NCBI GenBank assembly: GCA_943788175.1
Contig: CALSPG010000005.1
Location: 326,211-390,210, forward strand
Reading direction: 5' to 3'
Length of the DNA: 64,000 nt
Source of the DNA: an uncultured bacterium
GTDB lineage: Bacteria > Fidelibacterota > Marinisomatia > Marinisomatales > UBA1611
A program made the position numbers and the translations under genes. The notes under the pieces were generated by a model. It was not told the origin of the DNA and did no database searches. It worked only from the letters and a program-made list of their open reading frames with translations. This document shows positions 57,901 through 64,000 of this stretch, one piece after another. The first letter of the stretch is position 1, and each line of letters opens with the position of its first letter.

Positions 57901-58298
57901 TACTTTTTGAAGAAGTAAGTGGAGGAGATGCTGGTGCGAATTCGATAACGGCCGCTTCTCAGGGTCTGGGCTTATTTACTAACAGTACTCTTTCAGCTAA
58001 TGGAGAAACAAGTTTGCCTTCGGAGTATACGTTGCATGCAAATTATCCGAACCCATTTAACCCTTCAACTGTTATCACCTATGATTTAGCCGGTCAGGGT
58101 CATGTAGACCTTTCGATTTACAACGTTGTTGGTAAAAAAGTAAAAACGATTGTAAATAAAAATGAAACCGCCGGTAGGAAAGTAGCTGTCTGGTACGGTG
58201 TCGATGATAGTGGTAATTCATTGAGTGCTGGTATGTATTTTTACAGACTTACAGCTGGAGCTAAAGTATTTACAAAGAAGATGGTATTAATGAAATAG
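54918..58298 (+). CDS. Large secreted protein: about 5 cohesin-like modules, a central MAM/choice-of-anchor-like domain, an FN3-like segment and a T9SS C-terminal sorting domain
   Basis: Signal peptide MFKYLNNAFLSLALVFSFIGAQD. Recurring modules carry ...GGVQFDV..SPN.. and ...FEIED.PE. Central segment WASGWAVDDISI. C-terminus YPNPFNPSTVITYDL...SIYNVVGKKV...AGMYFYRL...TKKMVLMK. Confidence 0.75.
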   Translation: MFKYLNNAFLSLALVFSFIGAQDVELTIVDTSFAGYTDEIIVPILISNPNNNVGGVQFDVSVSPNMVSLTGVSSVGNASSFSAAYNALSDGSSRVVFYNGSDPSGLNPGTDARVLNLHFGGTDVLSAVLEIKLNNLIVSDGEGGVLTSQSSSGNLTIGDVVYLSGSTSTGDVGETVSIDFSISNTGAVGGVQFDVKDSPNYLSLVSVATTARTAEFSADFNNINDGDTSRIILFSSDNVNLAPGTGPVLSATFEIVNNAYADSVSVFMENILVTDGVGGSYWIAAADSGTVAVYPGYIEEPSNLQAIDGQDAYVALSWNPPSGPIPDNITEDFEDGIPDDWTLTTSSAQGWYLTTDCTSEWWTVPAHTNYMCSNDDQANDDGALDYMVTPMLNVSGAASVILNFDSYFDGAYGQTASIGVSDNGVDFTEVYPLVAGTEWINETVDLTPFITGDNLYILFHSNDNAAWASGWAVDDISISFETRVIPERLVHYNLTDLGEWVVSAPKEDVMNKYGGGIPFADRIDLDNPVNLNNQRPVAIDAYKVYKSLSETSDFEEIVELEASVTSYTDEDVVNNTAYYYYVTAIYPDGSESVPTSTVSATPVEWIECYISDGGSLTGIADTIDISVNNESLLGGLFFEIEDFPDVLVGESVLPAERTTGTNGQPSWTFSLLDDNGKISIAGFGPLAGAAALEPGNGPVCRVVVRPQGDQAQTLTLTMTDVQIQDTSNPPVQLNWTAETAAYEVGIETQYIMLTDGNAAPGAQLSSSMCLVNTQDVYGIQVEFVADPPFVSGSGLQVTDLLDLSTWSVSSQQLGNTFTLLLFDNTLSNPVPPGYWYLGEVLIDVLPGSPEDFIVDVEYGEMILSDAYNQPMISVGLPSEVYIGAPPVSYSIHNVEGLLTPGGEGSFEVHMTNTETVGTMSFEIEDAPEYLTVTSVEAVGRFANGIIDGSTGEDSNNENFYFLGYDFTGGIPEGDGPIIKVNVQMSQNINNPNVMLLFEEVSGGDAGANSITAASQGLGLFTNSTLSANGETSLPSEYTLHANYPNPFNPSTVITYDLAGQGHVDLSIYNVVGKKVKTIVNKNETAGRKVAVWYGVDDSGNSLSAGMYFYRLTAGAKVFTKKMVLMK

Positions 58299-58321
58299 TA
58301 CTTAAGATTTTTTAAATAAAA

Positions 58322-58347
58322 AGGGCACATGATAGTGCCCTTTTTTT
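58322..58347 (+). terminator. Rho-independent terminator
   Basis: agggcac (58322-58328) with gtgccct (58335-58341), then T7. Confidence 0.8.
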
Positions 58348-58362
58348 ATAATTTTAGTGTAT

Positions 58363-58445
58363 GCCGCGGTGGTGGAATTGGTAGACACGCTAGATTTAGG
58401 ATCTAGTGCACATTGTGCGTGAAGGTTCGAGCCCTTTCCGCGGTA
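58363..58445 (+). tRNA. tRNA-Leu (anticodon TAG), class II with a long variable arm
   Basis: GCCGCGGTGGTGGAATTGGTAGACACGCTAGATTTAGGATCTAGTGCACATTGTGCGTGAAGGTTCGAGCCCTTTCCGCGGTA. Anticodon loop TTTAGGA. Confidence 0.85.
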
Positions 58446-58548
58446 CTTTTCGAGAGACCTCACTTTTAGTGGGGTTTTTTACTGGATAAAAATAACTTTA
58501 AACCAATCTATAACTATATAACAATGAGCTAGTAAACAAAGGACAGTT

Positions 58549-60768
58549 ATGTACAAAATCAAACCAAATTTATTCATTTTTACTTTTCTGGCTATATGCT
58601 TTGGTGCTGATATTTATGCTCCAAAATCTTTCAGTTCGATAATGTCGGATGCGACTAATAAGCTATGGACTCCAGTTTCAGTAACTGCTGTTGAAAACAG
58701 AGCTCATGTTATTATGATTGATAATACCGGATCATACTGCTTAAAAGTAGGCTCAGATATCAAAGGTAGTTTAGCTGTAGGTAATGTAAGCTATTTAAAA
58801 GATGGAACTGCTACTTATGGAGATGCGCTGCAATCTATGTTTCAAATTCTAGATATGAATACTTCTTCACTTGCCACAAGCAGCCTCTCTGGTACTTACA
58901 CAATTCATCCTGAACTTGCCTCTTATTACGCTGTCGATGCTGATGGAATCTCGTTGACTATTCGAGACAAATCTTCTTTTTATCAATCGGGAGAGGCTAT
59001 TTCTGCTTATTTAGTATTTACGATAACTGATGCTGGTCAATCTTCTGTTTCTTATACCATTAAAGCATCTTCAAGATATGTTTACAATGCAAGTACAAGT
59101 GCATTTGCAATTGATAATAGCTGGAACCAAAGTCAATGGATAAAACTAAATACAGATATGACGGTTGTGCTGACGTCTGTTGAATCTGAGGCGACAGCTT
59201 GGACGTTGGCTAGCGCAAGGGACTTAATTGATATTGGCGTTGATCAAGCTAGTGAATTTAATCCTGGTAGTACATCATGGCAGACAAACTCGTTCGCTGC
59301 TTATCCAGTGGATCAAAACACTGGCGATCTTGCTGTATGGAACTACGATGATAGTCCTCTTAAAACAAACCAATTTTATAATAATGTTGATGATGATTAT
59401 CAAAATCAGCTTGGGCATTCCACAACAGCTGATGCAGCGGCTAGCGCCGTATTAAGCGTTATTGATCAAAATTTATCTAACATGGGAGAATCGCTTCGCT
59501 ATTCGAAAGAAACGTATATCGCTTTTAGGAGTGCTTTACTTGAAAATGATTTTAGCAGTGTAGATGTATATAACGCTAAGCTTGGTGAAAGAGCAGTTGA
59601 GCATGTTTATTTTACAAGCTCTTATGATGATGACGGGGTTTATCATCCTTTTATGGTGATTGCAACCCATAATGCTCCTTCAGGTCCTCAGTTTTTAATT
59701 GATGTTGCTAGGCCTCCGGGAGACGGAACACCAGGTACTAACTATGACCAGCAAACGGTTACTAGAAATGCTGTTTTAGAACAAAAGTTGGTCAAGATTC
59801 CGTTAAAAGATTATGGTTTAGTCTCCACGTTATTGGATAATGATTTAACTCCTTATGGAACGCTTGGATCAGATGCAAACCTTTCGCAGTCCGATTGGGA
59901 TGTTGATAATTATACGAGCCTTTCTTCCACAGGTATTGCAGTCGATGGGGTAATTATTTATCCTTCATCAAACAACGTTCTGATCTACGCATCCTTAGCT
60001 GCGGAGATAACATCCACAGGTATTCATGTTGGTAGAGGTATGGGGTTTCACTATCATGCAGATGGACACGGATTCAATGGGAATGGGATTAATCTCTACA
60101 ACGCGAGCGATTATGATGGGCATAGTCATCCTCCGTTAATTGGTTTTGTTTTTGATGGAATTGCGCTATTTGGGAAAAATGATGAGGGGACTACTCAGCT
60201 AGATGGAGTATCAGAAACTCTTGATGAATATGGTGGCCATGCTCATGATGATTATGGCTATCACTATCATGCTCATTCGGGTACAACAACTCAGCAAAAT
60301 GGTCCAAATACGCACACCTTTAATCAGAATTTTTTACAAAAAGGAGCATTCAAAGGATTGATAAATGATGTTCCTGGATTTTTAAATGTAAACACAAATC
60401 AGTTTATGGATAATGATATCAAGCGTTATGTTGGTGGTTCTGGGACGTCTGTTTTAGAGCATGATATTAATTCTGATCAATTAATACCTAGTAAGGTTAC
60501 AATTTATCAAAACTATCCAAACCCATTTAATCCTATCACGTCTTTGCGATATGATTTACCAGAGGATGGCTTAGTTAACGTTACAATCTATGACATGATG
60601 GGTAGAATCGTAAAAACAGTTATAAATAGTTCACAAAGAGCAGGGTATAATTCAGTTCAGTGGAATGCTACAAATGACCTAGCACAATCAGTTTCTGCGG
60701 GTTTGTATATTTATAGAATTCAAGTTGGAGCGTTTAGCGAGACCAAGAAGATGGTGCTCTTAAAGTAG
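58549..60768 (+). CDS. Secreted YHYH-motif protein with a T9SS C-terminal sorting domain
   Basis: GRGMGFHYHADGHG and DDYGYHYHAHSG (YHYH-type motifs). C-terminus YPNPFNPITSLRYDL...TIYDMMGRIV...AGLYIYRI...TKKMVLLK. Confidence 0.7.
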   Translation: MYKIKPNLFIFTFLAICFGADIYAPKSFSSIMSDATNKLWTPVSVTAVENRAHVIMIDNTGSYCLKVGSDIKGSLAVGNVSYLKDGTATYGDALQSMFQILDMNTSSLATSSLSGTYTIHPELASYYAVDADGISLTIRDKSSFYQSGEAISAYLVFTITDAGQSSVSYTIKASSRYVYNASTSAFAIDNSWNQSQWIKLNTDMTVVLTSVESEATAWTLASARDLIDIGVDQASEFNPGSTSWQTNSFAAYPVDQNTGDLAVWNYDDSPLKTNQFYNNVDDDYQNQLGHSTTADAAASAVLSVIDQNLSNMGESLRYSKETYIAFRSALLENDFSSVDVYNAKLGERAVEHVYFTSSYDDDGVYHPFMVIATHNAPSGPQFLIDVARPPGDGTPGTNYDQQTVTRNAVLEQKLVKIPLKDYGLVSTLLDNDLTPYGTLGSDANLSQSDWDVDNYTSLSSTGIAVDGVIIYPSSNNVLIYASLAAEITSTGIHVGRGMGFHYHADGHGFNGNGINLYNASDYDGHSHPPLIGFVFDGIALFGKNDEGTTQLDGVSETLDEYGGHAHDDYGYHYHAHSGTTTQQNGPNTHTFNQNFLQKGAFKGLINDVPGFLNVNTNQFMDNDIKRYVGGSGTSVLEHDINSDQLIPSKVTIYQNYPNPFNPITSLRYDLPEDGLVNVTIYDMMGRIVKTVINSSQRAGYNSVQWNATNDLAQSVSAGLYIYRIQVGAFSETKKMVLLK

Positions 60769-60787
60769 ATAATTTTTTTCAAAATCA

Positions 60788-60813
60788 AGCCTCGCTTTTT
60801 GCGGGGCTTTTTT
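60788..60813 (+). terminator. Rho-independent terminator
   Basis: agcctcgc (60788-60795) with gcggggct (60801-60808) with one G-U pair, then a T-run. Confidence 0.7.
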
Positions 60814-60872
60814 GTTTATGATATAACCTTGTTATTTCAGATCATATTAGTACAGAATATTTATTTTTGTGT

Positions 60873-61391
60873 TTACGTATACAGCATAATAAATATTATA
60901 ATTCCTGTTACAGAGACATACATCCAAATAGGGAAAGTAATTTTTGCGATTTTTTTATGTTGTTGGATTTGCAATACCATACCTCTATAAACGCTAATCA
61001 TGGCTAAGGGTAAAATAGACATTGCAAGAATAATGTGTGTTAAGAGTACCGGATAATAAATAAAAGTTAGATCTCCAGTGTATGGTTTAGGACCGCTTTT
61101 AAACCAGTGGTAGACAACATAGCTAACAAGGAATAAAGCCGAAGTAAAAAAAGCAGAAAGCATTACGCTTCTATGCTTCTCACGTTTTTTTTGTCGTATT
61201 AAGACGTAACCAATAATGAGCAATATAGTTGTAATTAAATTCAATAAGGCGTTTAAGTATGGCAGTGAGGAAACATCTATAGAACCCTCGATTCCTTCCG
61301 GCCTAGGACCTAGTATCAAAAAGGCTACTGCCAGACTCAAGACAGCGGATAAAATATAAATTATTTTTAACCAAAAATTTTCTTTTTCCAT
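60873..61391 (-). CDS. DUF420-family membrane protein (associated with cytochrome oxidase clusters)
   Basis: 172 aa with 4-5 TM segments. Its position downstream of ctaB matches the usual DUF420 context. Confidence 0.6.
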   Translation of the reverse strand: MEKENFWLKIIYILSAVLSLAVAFLILGPRPEGIEGSIDVSSLPYLNALLNLITTILLIIGYVLIRQKKREKHRSVMLSAFFTSALFLVSYVVYHWFKSGPKPYTGDLTFIYYPVLLTHIILAMSILPLAMISVYRGMVLQIQQHKKIAKITFPIWMYVSVTGIIIFIMLYT

Positions 61392-61396
61392 AATTA

Positions 61397-62278
61397 TTAT
61401 CTATTTAAGTCAATGAAGATTATGATTAGAAGTGCTGGAAGATAAATAACCGAAGTTTTTAGAAGGAGTTTTGCGTTATCGATCGTTGTATCTCTTAAAA
61501 GAGGTATTCCAGAAATCAGATAGGCAATTCCTAATGCCAATGCTCCCCAGAAATAAAAATTACCTAAAATTCCAGTTACAACAAAAAACAGGGAGACTGG
61601 GATTAGTAAAAATGCGTGCCATAATATTTGCCGATTTGTTCTAAAGTTTTCTTTTTCAATAACAGGAAGCATTTTAAATCCTGCTTTTGCATAATCCTTT
61701 TTGCACATTAATGCGATTGCATAAAAATGAGGATGTTGCCATAAAAATAAAATTGAAAAAAGGATCCAAGCATTAGGATCTAATTGATTTGCTGACGCAG
61801 CCCAACCGCCCAAAGCAGGCATCGCTCCTGGAATAGCACCAATTGTGGTATTGAGCCATGTAATTCTTTTGAGCGGAGTGTAAACAAAAATATATAACAA
61901 TACAGTAAATAGGCCAAGTATTCCGCTTAGTAAATTTATTGCAAAGCAAAGAATTAATAGTCCAAAGATAGACAGAATCAATCCAAAGTAAAGTGCAGTT
62001 GAAGCCATTATTAATCCAGACGGGATTGGTCTAGATTTAGTTCTATCCATTAATTTATCAAGGTCTCTTTCTACATAATGGTTAATTGCACCAGCTCCGC
62101 CAGACAAAAGTGCAGTTCCAAACATTGTTAGAAAGAAATTGTAAATATTTGTGTTTCCCGTGTTTCCTAAGTAGTAGCCTAGGGCTGTAGAAACAAGTAT
62201 GAGCATGGTTATTCTAGGTTTTGTCAGCTCGAAAAATGCACTAAATTGATTTTGTGCTTGTAGTGGTTTTCTTTTCAT
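61397..62278 (-). CDS. ctaB: Protoheme IX farnesyltransferase (heme O synthase)
   Basis: UbiA-family motifs NHYVERDLDKLMDRTKSRP and YTPLKR, with a polytopic layout. Confidence 0.9.
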   Translation of the reverse strand: MKRKPLQAQNQFSAFFELTKPRITMLILVSTALGYYLGNTGNTNIYNFFLTMFGTALLSGGAGAINHYVERDLDKLMDRTKSRPIPSGLIMASTALYFGLILSIFGLLILCFAINLLSGILGLFTVLLYIFVYTPLKRITWLNTTIGAIPGAMPALGGWAASANQLDPNAWILFSILFLWQHPHFYAIALMCKKDYAKAGFKMLPVIEKENFRTNRQILWHAFLLIPVSLFFVVTGILGNFYFWGALALGIAYLISGIPLLRDTTIDNAKLLLKTSVIYLPALLIIIFIDLNR

Positions 62279-62880
62279 GCATTTTTACTAAAGTTTTTTA
62301 AAAAAGAATTTATATGATTTCTAAGTATTGATATGCTACCTTTATCTGTTCCATTATAATACTGTCTAATATTGCCTTCTTCATCAATCAATACAAATTT
62401 TACTGAATGGCCTGCTGGCAAGCTCTCGGACATAAACATAAATCCTTCTTTGTTCAGTTTTTTAACACTCTCCATATCTGTTCTTAGAAATTTCCAGCGT
62501 TCATCGTCCACGCCGTTGGCATCAGCATATAATTTTAAAACATCTTGAGTATCGTATTCTGGGTCTACTGATATGGATATAAATTGCAAATTTGGATGGA
62601 GCTTATATTGTTTATAGAGTGTGCGCATGTTACTTGACATAATAGGGCAAGGGCCAGGGCAACTAGTAAAAATAAAATCAAGAACAGAAATTTTATTTTT
62701 TAAACTATCTTGATTAAACGGTGTTCCAGTATGGCTGGTCATTGAGAAGTCAGGTACTTTTTTTATAATTGATGGAAGTTCTTCTATTGAATCATTCGCC
62801 TTTGATATAACCCAAGTCGCACTAATGCCAAGAAAGCTGATGATAGTGACAACGAAAATGATATAGCTTTTCTTGATCAT
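62275..62880 (-). CDS. SCO1/SenC-family copper chaperone
   Basis: TM anchor, then FIFTSCPGPCP (CxxxC) and a thioredoxin-like fold with a downstream His. The ATG at 62880 overlaps the ctaA stop (ATGA). Confidence 0.8.
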   Translation of the reverse strand: MIKKSYIIFVVTIISFLGISATWVISKANDSIEELPSIIKKVPDFSMTSHTGTPFNQDSLKNKISVLDFIFTSCPGPCPIMSSNMRTLYKQYKLHPNLQFISISVDPEYDTQDVLKLYADANGVDDERWKFLRTDMESVKKLNKEGFMFMSESLPAGHSVKFVLIDEEGNIRQYYNGTDKGSISILRNHINSFLKNFSKNA

Positions 62881-63839
62881 GGTTCCAGTGAAATTTTCCA
62901 AAAAGTAAATACAGATACAGTTAACCCAATTAAAAGGGATGAAAACCACATGTGAAATAATTGCATGAGCGGTTTCACATCAAAAAAGACTAATGATTCT
63001 CCAAGTAGTATTTGAGTTACAATCAATATCATTATAGAGTTAACTGAATTTATCATAAATGGTGATGACCTAAATTTAATATCGTAAACAATTTTTCTTA
63101 AGTAAAGTGTAAGGCCCAATAGTGAAAATCCTAAAATAGTATGGATGTATTTAAATGGTCCTAACATTTTTAGTAAAATAATACTTTCAATAAGTGGATT
63201 GTCTTTTCTGCTCATATCAAGACCACCTCTAATTTCTGTTCCAATGATTATTTCAATAAAAAGACAAACTAATATTCCTACTATTACACTTTTTAAGTGA
63301 GGGTGATAATTACTGGATTTTTCAAAATTACCAACAATAAGATAATATGATTGTATAGAGCTGTAAATGATAAGTCCGATAATTATGAGTGCAAGTAGTA
63401 AATGAATAGTTATTGTTATTGGGTCAAGTACTGTATCGACCAATTTAGCTCCAACCCAGCCTTCAAGAAGGGTCAAGAAAAAAGCAACAGATATAGATAA
63501 CAAAACATGTTTAGATTTTTTAAAATGTAGATACCCCAGTACAAATGTTATCAAAATAATGAAACCTACTAAAGCGCCAAAAAGTCTATTGAGGTATTCG
63601 ACCCATGCAAGCACTAAATTGAATTTTTCCGGGTCAATGTAATCCGGTAATTGACTTAAGCTTGTTGGTGGAATCCATCTTCCGAAACATCTCGGCCAAT
63701 CAGGACAACCCATTCCTGCGCCAGACACTCGTACGAGTCCACCTATGAAAATAAGTAGATATGTAAATACCATTGATAAAATTGAAAATTGAAAATATCT
63801 TTGCATATTAAGGTTATAAATTATGTACCAAACGCCCAA
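62877..63839 (-). CDS. ctaA: Heme A synthase (COX15/CtaA)
   Basis: GGLVRVSGAGMGCPDWPRCFG and 8 TM segments with conserved His. The start may be the ATG at 63806. Confidence 0.85.
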   Translation of the reverse strand: MGVWYIIYNLNMQRYFQFSILSMVFTYLLIFIGGLVRVSGAGMGCPDWPRCFGRWIPPTSLSQLPDYIDPEKFNLVLAWVEYLNRLFGALVGFIILITFVLGYLHFKKSKHVLLSISVAFFLTLLEGWVGAKLVDTVLDPITITIHLLLALIIIGLIIYSSIQSYYLIVGNFEKSSNYHPHLKSVIVGILVCLFIEIIIGTEIRGGLDMSRKDNPLIESIILLKMLGPFKYIHTILGFSLLGLTLYLRKIVYDIKFRSSPFMINSVNSIMILIVTQILLGESLVFFDVKPLMQLFHMWFSSLLIGLTVSVFTFWKISLEP

Positions 63840-64000
63840 TAAATCTTAGTACTTTTATTATCGTTTTATAATTGACCTTTATGGTAATATTATGACTAAT
63901 ATTTTGTGTCAATAAAATAAATTAATTAAATAATGTCGAAACCTTTAAACCAAATTGAACTTGGGACTTCTTGTTTTGTGAAAGAGTCAGGACAACCAGG

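Overview
This is a low-GC bacterial chromosome segment. Two large secreted proteins carry T9SS-type C-terminal sorting domains, which suggests an FCB-group or Marinimicrobia-like marine organism; that taxon is inference only. (1) Positions 219-10440 hold an integrative element at tRNA-Val(TAC). It is bounded by imperfect direct repeats of about 235 bp, made of the 3' part of the tRNA plus about 185 bp downstream. Its mobility and replication core resembles a phage satellite: an excisionase-type HTH, a CHC2-zinc-finger/TOPRIM/P-loop primase-helicase, a TerS/DUF5681-like relic and a tyrosine integrase. That core is riddled with frameshifts. The element also carries an apparently intact 5-gene cargo operon: TPP-dependent 2-oxoacid dehydrogenase E1-alpha and E1-beta, a lipoyl-E2 acyltransferase with a Cys4 tail, a small carrier protein and an AcpS-type phosphopantetheinyl transferase. 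This operon is my best candidate for an undescribed system. (2) Positions 10.9-15.4 kb hold two convergent operons for metal handling. They are flanked by inverted paralogous His/Cys-rich small proteins and encode a MerC-like membrane protein, an 82-aa protein ending GGCSCCAGGCSCC, a TonB-dependent receptor and a His/acidic-rich lipoprotein. Next to this locus is a flavodoxin gene with two in-frame TAA codons. (3) The rest is mostly housekeeping: a DASS permease, a MaoC hydratase, an MFS transporter, an HMA protein, an SRAP peptidase, MORN/YwqK proteins, MsrB, an MBL hydrolase, FKBP, tRNA-Arg, an Omp85-like protein, secDF, parAB, an M23 peptidase, bactofilin, a complete F1Fo atp operon, aspS, phoH, thiolase, ilvE, nusB, secA, a MetB/C-family enzyme, two T9SS cargo proteins separated by tRNA-Leu, and a heme-A/cytochrome-oxidase assembly cluster (ctaA, SCO1, ctaB, DUF420). 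Several conserved genes, including atpA, are broken at short homopolymers, so some apparent pseudogenes may be sequencing artefacts. I saw no CRISPR array and no rRNA.
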